Source: Octopus bimaculoides
Lineage: Eukaryota
Direction: 5' to 3'
Assembly: GCF_001194135.2 (NCBI RefSeq)
Contig: NC_068989.1
Span: forward strand, 28,911,673-28,971,528
Length of the DNA stretch: 59,856 nucleotides
Below are positions 37,211 to 49,157 of this stretch, piece after piece. The position numbers and the translations under genes were made by a program. Every line of letters begins with the position of its first letter. Position 1 is the first letter of the stretch. A model generated the notes under the pieces. It was not told the origin of the DNA. It searched no databases and worked only from the letters and a program-made list of their open reading frames with translations.

Positions 37211-37357
37211 TGTTGTGTCGACGCCTCCAGGCGAAGAAGTAGGATCTCCCAAGACATATAAATAGAGGTAGTCTGGCCGTGGTAGGAGTGTTGAGTAGCA
37301 GTTGTGTAGCAGTTGAGTAGAGATAATCCGAAGGTGCTAGATAGCAGTAGCATAACA
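37211..37357. mobile_element. 147-bp solo LTR (TG...CA) with 5-bp TSD
   Basis: ATATC|TGTTGTGTC ... GCATAACA|ATATC: TGTT/AACA termini, perfect 5-bp TSD, internal TATAAATA-like box at ~37257 and CpG-richer than the flanks. Confidence 0.8.
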
Positions 37358-37699
37358 ATATCATACAACCACCTCCCATATCTAATCCTCTTTCACTTTC
37401 CCATACACTTTTACAACCTCTACTTACCTGAACCCCCTTGTTCTCCTGTCCCCACTCACTTCTATTTATCTCATAATTGAGAGTCACCCTGACACCCTCA
37501 TTATCACTATTTTATCATTTTCTAGCTCTGTCCTAGTCACTCCCTGCTCTCTTCTATAATATGAACAGCCTTGTAGCTCCTCTACAGCAAGAAACCTGTT
37601 CTGTTCTGGACTCTTCTGTCATGCTTAAACTCCTCATCTCCTAGCATCATACCATCTTCCTTTTCACTGTAGCCTCACCCAGTTGAAGGGGTTCATAGT

Positions 37700-37905
37700 T
37701 ACCCAAGCTGCATAGTGATCTCACTAGTGTTGGTGTGTTGAAAAGATGCCCCCCGTCCATACTGTAGTATGGTTGGCATTAGGAAGGGTATCCAGCTGTA
37801 GAAAGTATGCCAAAACAGACATAGGAGCGTTATGCAGTCCTTGAACTTATTGGATATATCCAACCCATGCCAGCATGGAACATGATTGTTAAATGATGAT
37901 AATGA
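37700..37905 (+). mobile_element. SINE-like repeat sharing the RTE 3' tail (family C)
   Basis: gatctcactagtgttggtg...ggttggcattaggaagggtatccagctgtagaaa...caacccatgccagcatggaa...gttaaatgatgat. Related copies lie at ~32100-32320, 42200-42425, 55955-56215 and 57240-57690 (+) and 17990-18180 and 15020-15230 (-). Confidence 0.8.
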
Positions 37906-37911
37906 TATGTG

Positions 37912-38907
37912 TGTAATGAATGACTGTGCGAACCAAAGGAGATGGCGACGAATGGGAGAAAGCTCCTTTTCACGTGTCACATGGTCGAACACAAAACATG
38001 TTATATGACATAAGGAGGCTCGCAATGTGAGATGCGAGCAAGTGCCAGTAAAGGAAAGAGAGAGTGACAGACAACCGTTAGATATATATAAAGAGTAGGT
38101 TTATTAACATAGTGAACTGTGTGTGTGTACATGCGGCAATAAAAGCAATACAATATATATGACGGACCGTCATATAAGTAAGAGTGCGAGTACAATAATA
38201 TGTGTTTGTATGTGAATTTGGAATACAAGGCATAGAATAAGTGTCTGTAACATAGACTATAAGAGTCCTGAACACAAAGATAAAGAAATACCAGTTCGTA
38301 GAAGAGTTTCACTGTAGATAAAATGTTCGTACGCAAGAAGTTGTGGCCGAATAGCAGAGCTGTGGTCTCACATGTTGTGGGTGAAGTTGAGCGTCGATGC
38401 TGGACCGGTCACTTGGTACAGAAGATTCTTGCTGGTTGGTCTGGCTGTTCTTTGTGGTGGAAACAATCCACTCAAACAGTGTTGAGATGAAACCACGGTT
38501 GTTGTTGTTGGTGTGTACTCTGGTGGTGGTGGTAGTGGTGTTGGTGCTGGCGACGACATTGTAGTAGACAGTAGATCGGTGGTGGTGTTGGCGTCGTTGC
38601 TGGAAACTGGCTGGTTGGTGTGTGGTCAAACGACCAGACCTGTGAGAGGTCTGAAGTCATTAGACAAACTGGCGTGGTTGAAGCAGGCTTATTTATAGAT
38701 GAAAAAGGGCTCACCGGAAACAGGCAGAAAACACACTCTCACATGACCTTATTAGAAGGCCACGATTGGTCGGTATGCACCCTGGCGCAAAACAGAACTG
38801 GAGACAAATCAGGGTGATGGACACAAGGGTCCAAGTGGCTGAAAGTTAGCTGTTAGCCGCTACGTTATCATTTGTAAATGAACACCCGAAAGAGAGGTTT
38901 CACTACA
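37912..38907 (-). mobile_element. 996-bp solo LTR, Gypsy-type (4-bp TSD)
   Basis: TGTG|TGTAATGAA ... TTCACTACA|TGTG: 8/9 terminal inverted repeat, TG...CA ends and 4-bp TSD. On the minus strand it has CCAAT (38765-38769), TATAAATA (38690-38697) and AATAAA (38100-38105) in U3-R-U5 order. Confidence 0.85.
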
Positions 38908-39961
38908 TGTGTACCGATAGCAAGTTGGCTTTGCAGAACTTCTCCTTTTCAAAACTTTGAATTCAGTATTATAAAGTAACAAGGTACTCACCATATTTAC
39001 AATAATATGAAATGAGAGTTTAGGACTCTGTGAATATCTTCAGATTTAAAAAAAAAACAATCAGAGGATTGGTTTGATAGTTAGGTAAACTAAGTCCATG
39101 ATGAATGCAGCACACTGTAGTGTTGTTGACATAATAAAAACCACTGATCTCACTCTTGTCTGTTCTGCTTGATCATTTTCACTCTTCAAGCTGCTTCTGC
39201 AAAGTATTAAATCCCCATACCCCAAACTTTGTAAAGAGGAGTAACTTATATTGTGCCAATTATTGTTGTCTTTTAGCTTCAGCTTAGCTATGATCAAGCA
39301 AATTTGTGATCAGACGCATTCTAACTGTGACTGTCCTGTCTGTTCATATGTAGTTTATCTAGATAGTATCCTATGTACCTCTTTTTTTCCTTAAGATAGC
39401 AAGGTGTGATTTGAGGGAGATTGGGCTGTTATTTCTGACAGGTTGAACAATTGCATAGGCTTTCTAGTTTCCTTAGTGTTAGTTGTTAGTGACGGTCAGA
39501 GTAATGTTAAAGTGTTAGGCCATTTGATAGATTCCCAAGTAGCAACATTTTGTATATCAGTTTGTTGAGAATAATGTTTGTGTATCAACAGTGAAAAACC
39601 TGAACAGATGTCAATAGAATACATGTTAGGAACTAGAGAAGTAGAGTAGTGTAGTAAGCAGTAGCGATAGTGATCAGTAGTGATCATAATAAACACTGAC
39701 ACCAGATGGTGTGAGAGTTTATTATGTCTGAGACAGCAGATTATCAGACTAAATGTTTTATTACATTTACAGTCATCTTTGTTGGAATTTAACTTGACAA
39801 TGGTAAAATATGTACCAGTAAGGTACTGTGTTGGCCCCCAGTGCACTAACTCTAGATAAAGGAATTGTTATTATCGTTATCATCATCAACGCTATGGTCA
39901 TTATCATTATTGTCATCATCATCACCAGTTTATTTTTTGTACCTACTTATATATTTGATAG

Positions 39962-40131
39962 CCACAAGTGGTTCAGGGGAGAGCTGTGAGATTAATGAAA
40001 AGTGGGCTAAACCTTTTCTGAACCTTTGGCATGATGCCCCTACCAGCCTAAAAGCTGAGATTCAGTTCAATGTTGCAGTATCAAAACTGGAGCCTCGTTG
40101 TTCAGTGTGTTCCCTGTTCACTCCTGTTGAG
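39962..40131 (+). CDS. KDM4: KDM4 coding exon (EKWAKPFLNLW...AEIQFN...PRCSVCSLF), start of PHD1
   Basis: atag acceptor and GAG|GTATGT donor. Matches the KDM4 family motif WAKPL..LW...FEAEKEFN...PHCAVC..F. Confidence 0.93.
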
Positions 40132-41554
40132 GTATGTATCTTGTCTCTTCACACATTCTGACTTGTTTTATGACTTTCTCGTTTATATGCTGTGTGCGTT
40201 GTTGTTTATCCCCATGTCAGCTCTGAACCTATGATCAAAAGCGTTCCAGCCATGACCATCCTGGTGTTTGTAGCAGGTTTGAGTAGCCATATAGAAGCTC
40301 TCCTGTGTGTATCTCTGTGTAAATTTGATAATTGAAGAACATGAAATGGGTTTAAGACTCTGGAAAATGAGATAAGCAGAAGGGATAAACAAATCAATCA
40401 TAGTGGATTTATATTTCAATATAATCAATGGTTTGACAATTTTTGTGATCAGATATATCCATATTAATGATGATTAGCTGGTTCATTTCACTTACATTAC
40501 TGATGATGTTTAGACAGACATCACCCACTCATGTTTGCCTAAACAACATTAATAATGTAAGTAAAATGAAACAACTACAACATCAAATACAAAGTGAAGA
40601 TGTTGGTTTGTTGACACTGATATGGTGTATCTAGAGATTAAGAATAAAGTTGAAACTGTAGGGTGGTCTTAATTGTTATCAGAAGTTAAGAAGTTCACTT
40701 TGCACTCCTCAGGTTTCAGATTTGATCTCACTTTGCAGAATCTTGAGTGAGTGTTTGCTGTCATAACCTTAAGTCAACTCAAACTTTCTGAGTTGCCAGA
40801 AAATGTATGGATGCATGTCAGATGGATTCTATATCTGTAATTAGAAGGACCAGAATTATCACCCACATTGTATTGAATCTGTCTCAGGATTTCTTGAAGG
40901 GTTTAAGTGTTTGTGGAGTGACTACAAGGATCTATTCATTTTACTTAGAAGTATTGTTAAGCCTGATATTTATTTCTTTGTGTACAAAGTTACAAATTTA
41001 TACGAGAAAGGTATAGTCAGTTCAGTTGACCTGAGTACATGACTGGTACTAGATGGTTGTAAGGCTATGTTCACCAAGACAAAATATAAACTTGAAACAT
41101 AAGGTCACACCACATGGCATTTAGTTTGGTTTGCTACTCTTTCTGCCTTTTCACTCCTTAAGCTTTGGTTATCAGATGTTTCATGCTGATATTAAACATA
41201 GCTTGCATATACAGATAAATGTTCCATAAAAGCATTTAATGAAATGTCTGAGATGTATTGTTATAAGATTATCTTTTTTTTAATTATTTACCCCATCATT
41301 GGAGATGAAACATTATAAAATTCTACAGGTACACTAAAAGTTGGCTGGCCTGATCTCTGATTATCAGCAGCTATTTTATACCTGAATGAAGAGCCATTAT
41401 TATGAAGCTAAGGATTATAAATGTTCCTATACTGAATACCAATGTATTTCACCAAATACACACACACACACCTGAGTGAGTGAGTGAGTGAGAGAGAGAG
41501 AGAGAGAGAGAGAGTACTGCCAGAAATGCTAGTTAAAGTATTTGATGAAATGGA

Positions 41555-42130
41555 GTAGGAGATACTGAAGGTTACAAACCAAAACTGTGGTTCGCCTCGG
41601 ATGATGAAGTGGTGGAACAATGAAGTAGATAGAGCCATAAAAGTGAAGTGACAGGCTTGAAAAGATTGGAAGAATAAGAATAACTGAATATTATACCAGA
41701 AGGGAAGCTAGGTGATAAGTTTACTTAGTAAAGAAAGGAGCAGAAAGCAAGGATAAGAGGCATGAAGTGTTCTGGGTTGTATGACAGTGTATCAGAGAAA
41801 ATAGAGACGTTGTTGGAAAGAAGTGTATATGGATGAATAGTGGTACACTTGCACTTCCTGATTCTTTAAGAAAAGAGGCATGAAAATGCTTCTATGAAAG
41901 ACTATTAAATATGGAGAATGCATGACAGAAAGAGTCTTCCTAATGTAAACCAGCCATTCTAGTTGACAGCATTATGATAGTTAAGGATATGAAAACATGG
42001 AAAACCGATGGTTCATCAGGACTTACTGCTGAGATTCTTAAAATATCTGGTAGAGTGAGATATAGCCTAGTTAGCCATATATTCAATCGTTTTGTACAGG
42101 AATGTGTTGTACCCAATGACATGCAAGACA
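41555..42130 (+). mobile_element. Old RTE internal fragment (EN-RT linker and RT domains 0-1)
   Basis: Translation WWNNEVDRAI...WKDW and VKDMKTWKTDGSSGLTAEILKISG...VVPND. This is the region hidden by the gap in the first RTE copy. Confidence 0.78.
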
Positions 42131-42696
42131 CTTGTTCCTCTGTCATATTTTAACCTCTCAACATCTACACCTCATTCAATTGAGGAGATAACTTTTGTGA
42201 GTTACTTAGTGACCTCACTAGTGCTGGTACCATGAAAAAGTACCCAGTACACTCTGTAAAGTGGTTGGCATTAGGAAGAGCACCCATCATAGAAATTCTG
42301 TCAAAGAAGATATTGTAGCATGATGCAGTCTCCTGGTTTTTTGGATCCTGTTGAACTATCTACCTCATGCCTCATGGAAGACAACTGTTAATTATGTTAA
42401 ATAATGAAGATGATCATGATATAAGTATGCATGTATTTTGTGTGATTTGAGGAGGTATGATTATAAACACAATATACATGTTTTTCTGTAGAGCATTTCT
42501 AATGTAACTTCACTTTTAAGTGTGAAACCATGTTCATTAAGAAGTAAATTTCCAAATCACTGACATTATTGACTACTTTATTAACTATCACTCTAATGAT
42601 TTTTAACGAAACAACATAAAATAGTTGTGTTTTCCTTTCTAAATTTTCAAAATAATTTTTTCTGCAATACAATTTTTTTGTTTGTTTTGTTCCCAG

Positions 42697-42916
42697 TTTG
42701 ACAGTGAGGGAGAATCTATTTTGCTTAAAAAAACAGACAAAAAAACTGGAAAGTCCACTGGATCCTTGCCAGATCAAAGTTTGCCTGTGATACCAGAAAT
42801 ATGTTTTGCAATTAGCTCTGAGAATCCACGACCAGAAGAAAATGGAACTGTTTTTGATGATGAATCCTGGAGCAAGCTTCTAATATGTCAGCTTTGCAAA
42901 GTTTGTGTTCATGCAA
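42697..42916 (+). CDS. KDM4: KDM4 coding exon (LPVIPEICF...LLICQLCKVCVHA), PHD1
   Basis: cccag acceptor and A|GTGAGT donor. Matches KDM4 KPLIPEMCF...C..C.V.VHASCYG. Confidence 0.95.
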
Positions 42917-43569
42917 GTGAGTAATGTTTAGTAGTTGCTCTCTATTAGCACTTGAAAACAGAGTTTCTATTTGGGCCAGATTTTATCACCTTGCTATTTC
43001 TAACTCATTTCTTTCTTCCTTTTTTCCCTGTTCTTAACTGCTCTGCTGAAAAAAAGGGGGACTTTTTACCATAACTAATAGTATTCATTGCCATCTGCAT
43101 ATAGAGATAAGTGGAGATGGTAGTGAGGATGGAAAGACGATTCTCACATCCATACTTTGTCCTTTAGTGTTATTAACATTATCTCATTGGGTGCAATAGT
43201 TAGTCTTTGGTCTTTGCAGAGTTGTTAAAAATCAATATCAGTCAAGAGTTGGAGTCATTTAAATCCACTATACTCCTTCCTCTATATTTGAGACTTTCTA
43301 CCTATGTTAGAAATCTATTATTATTACTTTTGTTCACTCATTCATTATATACCTGTTTTTCCATACTAGATGGGTTTGACAAATATATTATCAAAGTATT
43401 GTTTTACAGCCTTACCTGTTTTCAAGTAAGGGATCTCTTTTATTTAAAAATTTCTGGTGTTTTGAAGCAAATGATTTGTTGAAGAAATGACAACAGTATT
43501 GCTCAAACCTTATGATTTTCTACAGAGTGCAAATGTAAATAGACCTATGCATATAATATATGCACACAG

Positions 43570-43755
43570 ACATATACATACATGCATGCACACATAGCTA
43601 TACACATGCATGCACACACACACACACACGATGTGCTTCTTTCAGTTTCCATCTACCAAATTCATTCACAAGGTGTATAGTAGAAGACACTTACCTGCAG
43701 TGCCACACAGTGAGATTGAACCCAAAACCACATGGTTGTAGAGTGAACCATGCAG
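43570..43755 (-). mobile_element. SINE family B 5' fragment
   Basis: gcttctttcagtttccatctaccaaattcattcacaagg...gaagacacttac...gtgccacacagtgagattgaaccc is the reverse complement of the family B head. Confidence 0.75.
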
Positions 43756-44079
43756 TGATAATCACACCTACCTCGATGTTAATGACAGAATCAATAAAAT
43801 TATTTACAAAATACCTGTGGTATTTATTTAGTAATGGTTCTTTGTTCTTCAAATCCAGCTAACTATTTTATAAACCATTATTAAATGTGATTTAGAGGCA
43901 GAAATGGCAGAACATTAGACTAAATGTTTAGTTTCATCTCTCTTAACATTTTCAATTCAAATCCATGTATCCTTTTAAGATTCATAAAATATACAACCAG
44001 TCATATACTGTGTTTCACCATCCTCATCTGATTTGTGGTTTTGCATCATTGTGTAATTATTCTCACTTTAATTATTTAG

Positions 44080-44147
44080 GTTGCTATGGCGCTAAAGAAA
44101 CTGCCATTTGGAAGTGTCAACGTTGTAAAAAGAAGGCTTTTTCTGCC
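44080..44147 (+). CDS. KDM4: KDM4 coding exon (SCYGAKETAIWKCQRCKKKAFSA), end of PHD1
   Basis: tttag acceptor and GCC|GTAAGT donor. Phase 1 start completes HA-S-CYG. Confidence 0.95.
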
Positions 44148-44532
44148 GTAAGTATAAAAATGTCTATTAAATCTTTCCAAAACACAACTAATATCTATTT
44201 TCATGTATTCAACATTTCCTCTAAATCTACCTCCTCAAAAGTGGAACTGTCTGGAACTTTGCCTCAGCCAACAATAATTGCTTTGGAAAACTTTAAGCTG
44301 AATGACATCAGCACTAACCTCACCTAACCTGAGCACCAAGGTCAATGTGATCAACTTGCACCTCCTCAAATTTAGAAAGATTATTATTATTGTTATTAAT
44401 TTCTATCTCATTTAAAATGCCAGTTAATCACTAAAGGAATTCTGTCATATATTGTACTTTGTTTGCTAAAATTATGCGTGAAAGTTTGATTTCCTTGCTA
44501 ATCTTAGCTATGTCATTTGCAATATCTTTTAA

Positions 44533-44735
44533 TCAGGATTCAATGTAACCGTGTTTGACATAATGGTGTACAAAAGCATTTGCATGTTTCCAGTAATCCC
44601 CTATATCAATACAAATCCATTTTATCCTCAAAGACTTGGATTTAAAATTTGACTGAATTATATGATGTGGATGATCAGAGCAGCAGTGGAGGTAAATGTA
44701 GGATGACGTGGGCTTGCAAAACTCTGTCACTATTC
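44533..44735 (-). mobile_element. Penelope-like element fragment (RT C-terminal region)
   Basis: KPTSSYIYLHCCSDHPHHIIQSNFKSKSLRIKWICID...KHGY matches the PLE pattern KPT....YLH..S.HP.....SI..SQ.LR..RICS.......RGY. Confidence 0.7.
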
Positions 44736-45109
44736 TACCTCCAGAAAACTTCGCTTTGTGTCCAAAAATTCAATGCTAGTTTTTGAAAAGCTAGACATAA
44801 ATTTTATGTTGAACTTAAAAGCCATAGTTTTTAACGTATGTCACAGAAATGCAGAAGTCAGTTAAACTATCCTGTGATCCTTGCCAGACAAAATTTTATG
44901 CGTTTTAATAGCAGTCAATTTTTTTCTCTTTTTTGCATAGCTTTTCATGTCAGCTGTAAAGGTGAAAAGGGTTAACTTGGAAGTAGTGGAGATGTTTGGT
45001 GATTCTATGTGGTGGTTACTTTTGACTGTTTCTTCTCAATAAGGATAATTGATTGATAACGAATCATAACACAATATATATATACAACTTCAAGTGGAAT
45101 TGGACGTCA

Positions 45110-45406
45110 TAAGAGAGACAGCATAGCGACAGTTTTGGCTGACTGTCATCCTGTACTCCCCTTGTTGCTAGCGAAATGGCATGTGCCGGATGTCTGAGCA
45201 ACTGGTTGATTTTAATGGCAGAACAAACAGGACAAAAAGATTACAAAAATAGTGATTCTCACCTTGAGACTAACTATTTTGAAAATCTTTTTAGATTATG
45301 GAATGCCCCTCTTTCTCATGTATCTATGTTTAAAATTTCAGCGCGATCGGATGAACAATAATTAAGTTATAAACAGACAGACAGACAGAATGGGTTTTAT
45401 ATATTA
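45110..45406 (-). mobile_element. Second copy of the Helitron 5' terminal module (~300 bp)
   Basis: Colinear with 47221-47517, with scattered substitutions. On the minus strand it starts TAATATATAAAA...CTGTCTGTCTG...ATCCGATC..GAAATTTT. Confidence 0.8.
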
Positions 45407-47514
45407 TGAGCAGAGACACCTGGCATTGCTTGAGATTAAAACAGCATAGTTTGTATATAATATATTACAGTTGGGAAAGTGCAGCATTGACAACAAAATA
45501 TTTGTGGGGTAAATGTTTGTGGGCTAATTCGACTAAGCAACATGCTATGCATCCGTTTGGAGTATTTCAGGCCCTAACCTTTGGGGGTTATGTGATTTTT
45601 GAATTCACTGAAAAGCTGTCATTGGATATACTCTCTTTTGCAGCAGTCGGCGCTGTGTCTAACATGACCCATCATCTGAAATGTTGACACTTCCTTTGGG
45701 TTTGTTGTCCTACATCATTCATAAAATAAATTTGGAGGAACTGTGGTTGTTCATTTGCAGGTAACAGGGAACCAATGAGGTGATAGACTTGTCCTTGAAC
45801 TTTGACGTCGTCATAAATTCATGTTTGTCTATCTTCTTAGACGCACCAAACGATGTCAATTGCAGAGTTGTATTGTCTGATATTGTTCAGAAAATCCTTT
45901 GACAGGATGGAAATGCCTTCTAGAAGATCCATAAGCGGTTGAGGAGCTGGTAGTGCTGGCAATGTTACCTGACTGCCTGAGCAGCACATACCATTTGTTT
46001 CATTTGGAAAATAATTTTAAAGCTCTACAGAAAAGACAATTTGTGTTTAGCACACCAATTTGGACAGAGTTATTATTTTATAAGAATGGGATGGATCATA
46101 TCTGGAAACAGCTTCAGGAGTTGTGAAGAACAAATTTGTACGTAGTCTGTTTCTGAGAGCTATTCTATTGGACCTCTGTCTAATCATTAAAACATTGATT
46201 TAATGATCCAGCATTAAGTACTGCAACATGCATTTGCTGATCTTGAGAAAATCTCATCTAGCTTCTCTCTTCAGACTCTCACCTTCAGTTTTCTATAGTC
46301 CTCCTTGCTTTATACTTGTTTCTGGACAGATTACGTTTTTTCTTTGGTGGCATATTTTTTCCAATATTGTAAACAAGAAATTATGAACATAGAAAGAAAT
46401 TATACATTAATCTCTATTTTAGTAAGCAGTTGTACCCTTAAAAATTTTATTTGAAGAGAGCAGAAATTGAAAGAAGAGAAAGCGAAAAGAACAGAGAAAG
46501 AAAGTGAAAGATGTATGTACGTCTATATGAAATGAATGTGTGTGTGTGTGTGTGTGCGTGTGTGTGTGCGTGCGTGCGTGCGTGTGTGCGCGTGCGTATG
46601 TACTTGTGCGTGTGTATGTGAGAGAGAAAGAGAGATAGAGTGAGTGAGTGAATGAAGGTGTGTGTCGTGATGATTGATGTCTTTTAAGGTACACACACAT
46701 GCAGAAAATGTGACGTCATCATATAAAATTTTTATGATAATTGATTTATGGAAAAGATTTATTAAATTTTTGAAATGCAAATATGTGAATGGAAATTAAG
46801 TTTAATTTGTAGCCAAAATAGTACTGAAACTTTTGACACCCCATACGTCAAAATCTGTAATTCGGTTTTGGAAAGCCTAAGAAATATATAATATATAGGA
46901 CAATATCTCACATTACAATACAGACGTAATACTGAAATAGTGTAAGAGATAACAGATTGCTCTGGGCTCGCATTAGGCAAGAAGTTGGAAATTTTTTTGG
47001 CCCATGACACTGCATGGACCCTGGCTTTTGCATTTGATGCCTGTTGCTTTAAGTATTTTATTTATGTTATATATGTATGTATAAGCCAATGAGGGAGACC
47101 TCTACATGGTAGCTAGACCTGGTAGAAATAGCAGCCAAATCTCCCTCAAAATACCCTACTGTCTTAATCCAACAATTCTGCCTATTATGTAGTTTGAATG
47201 AGAAACTGTAACTAAAGATTAAGAGAGACAGCATAGTGACGGTTTTGGCAGACTGTCATCCTACACTCCCCTTGCTGCTAGTGAAATGGTATGTGCCAGC
47301 CATCTGAGCAACTGGTTGTTTTAATGACAGAACAAACAGAACATAAAGATTACAAAAATAGCGATTCTCACTTTGAAACTAACAATTTTGAAAATCCTTT
47401 TAGATTACGGCATGCCCCATGTATCCATGTTTAAAATTTCAGCATGATCGGATGAACAATACTCGAGTTATAAGTGCACAAACAAACAGACAGAACAGAT
47501 TTTATATATTAAGA

Positions 47515-47517
<3 letters not shown>
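45407..47517 (-). mobile_element. Internally deleted Helitron (rolling-circle transposon)
   Basis: Minus strand: 5' A|TCTTCTTAATATATAAAA plus (GTCT/GTTT)n, a decayed RepHel 5' coding region, and a 3' end ...CAAGCAATGCCAGGTGTCTCTGCTCA|T resembling GCAACGCCGGG...CTAG|T. Flanks fit the A^T target. Confidence 0.8.
45690..46353 (-). pseudogene. Decayed Helitron Rep/helicase N-terminal fragment
   Basis: Translation across stops and frameshifts: MPPKKKRNLSR...YDP...QIGVLNTNCLFCRALK..NETNGMCCSG..VTLP..PQPLMDLLEG..SKDFLNNIRQYNSA..TSFGA...KVQGQVYHLIGSLLP..EQPQFLQIYF. These are Helitron RepHel N-terminal motifs. Absent from the ORF track. Confidence 0.9.
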
Positions 47518-47568
<51 letters not shown>

Positions 47569-47575
47569 GTGTGTG
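47517..47575. repeat. (TA)n/(TG)n microsatellite at the Helitron 5' flank
   Basis: Direct reading. Confidence 0.9.
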
Positions 47576-48992
47576 TGAGAGAGTGAAATAGTAAAGTAAG
47601 TACAATTTACAATAAAAATTTGCAGCTTATTTTGACTAAACTACCAGAGCCTCTAAATGATATTACCTGCTTTAGCATTTGTGACTGTCACCCGCTCCCA
47701 CTCCATCTGTTCTTTTACTCTTCTTTCCCTCTAGGGGAAACACATTGCGTTTCATTATATGAAAGATACTCATTGAAAAGACCCACTTTGCTACTTAGGT
47801 TTTGGTGTACCGCTTGACTCTGTTTAAATTTCCATTGCATTACACACATATAGACACAGATGAAGTGTTGGAGTAGCTGTAGTCTATTGAATTGTATATA
47901 GTAAATAGTTTCTGCAGGCGGTTGGTGGGATATAGTGCTATATTGAAGCTGACTGACAAGATTTGAACTTGCTCATTATTCAATGAAATTAGTTATTGCT
48001 CTGTGCAGACTTGATATTAATATCACAATAAATTAAGATGATGATGATGAAAATGGTTTCAAATTCTGGCACAAGGCCTGTAATTTTAAGGAGTTGTATG
48101 ATTATGTATTTATGATTTAAACTTGCATGTTTTTGAAATAACCAAAAATTGAAGTTAAATTGAAGTTAAACAAAGTTTTGTATATTTGAAAGGATTAATA
48201 TGGTTCATTGATTAGGTATCATTAGTTGTGTTCATGTGATATCTTGCAAGAAACAAATCAATTCTGTAAATGTTTCCCTAGCAGAGCATAGTAAGTGAAC
48301 TTATTAGTAATAGAACTAGTAGTATAACTGTACTATAATATTGGCTAATAACTCATTTTACATGGTTATAGCTAAACAAAATTTAATCAACTTCAAATTC
48401 CCTATTTTACCTGGTTCACTTGTAATTAGAGCAATATTGAAACAAATTTCTTAACGGATTTATGAGGAAAAGAAGAAAACCTATTAAGTTGTATTCAAAA
48501 CACTCCTTGAATATATTACTAAAAAAAAAAAATGTTACATTTGTTTTACACGTCTTAATTCATGATTATTTTAGAATTTAACTGAAACACATAAGACGTG
48601 TTTACATTATAAGAATTCAGACACTTCAAGAGATACAAAATAAACAATGTTTTTAACAGTGAAACTCATAGTAGATAAAGCTATTAATATTAGCATGTAG
48701 AATATTGGGTTAAGAAAAAAACCCTTGGATAATAAAAAAGTTGAAGGCTGTCTAGCCAATATACTAGATTTTATAGCTTTATCTACTTCAAGTTGCACTA
48801 TAAGAAGCATAATTTACATGTTTTAGTTGGAAATACAGTAACATAAGGATTAAATAGATAATGATAGTTGTGATGATGATGTGATAAAAAAGCTTATATG
48901 AACATTTTTATTTTTAAAGATGCTTTCTTTTCTTGTACTGGAAACCTTGTATTGTTTTTGTTAATCATCTTACTATATTGTGTCTTCTTCAG

Positions 48993-49157
48993 GAATGCAG
49001 TTTATGTTGCTTGCGTGGGGGAGCTTTGAAACTCACGACTGATGGTCGCTGGTGTCACTTAGTCTGTGCAATTTCTCTGCCAGATGTCTCTTTTCGGGAC
49101 ATTGATGCACGTGAACCCATTGATATGTCGAAAATGTCTCCCAAAAGGGCCAAACTG
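48993..49157 (+). CDS. KDM4: KDM4 coding exon (ECSLCCLRGGALK...WCHLVCA...), Zn knuckle of the PZP module
   Basis: ttcag acceptor and CTG|GTAAGT donor. Canonical C.LC.LRGGALK....RWVHV.CA motif. Confidence 0.96.

Noticed and set aside
38309-38714. Overlapping ORFs with poly-H/Q/T/P in the large LTR
   Set aside because: They are produced by CAA/CAC triplet repeats inside the LTR, with no gag/pol motifs.
37999-38981. Alternative LTR boundaries TGTTA (37999) ... TAACA (38981)
   Set aside because: No TSD. The 37912-38907 boundaries give both a longer inverted terminus and a 4-bp TSD.
39061-39297. SLQSLGYGDLI motif resembling a K+ channel selectivity filter
   Set aside because: There are no flanking transmembrane helices or splice context. 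The upstream SDH(K)...IIAKLKLK reads as the end of an old LINE endonuclease, so the GYGD is probably chance.
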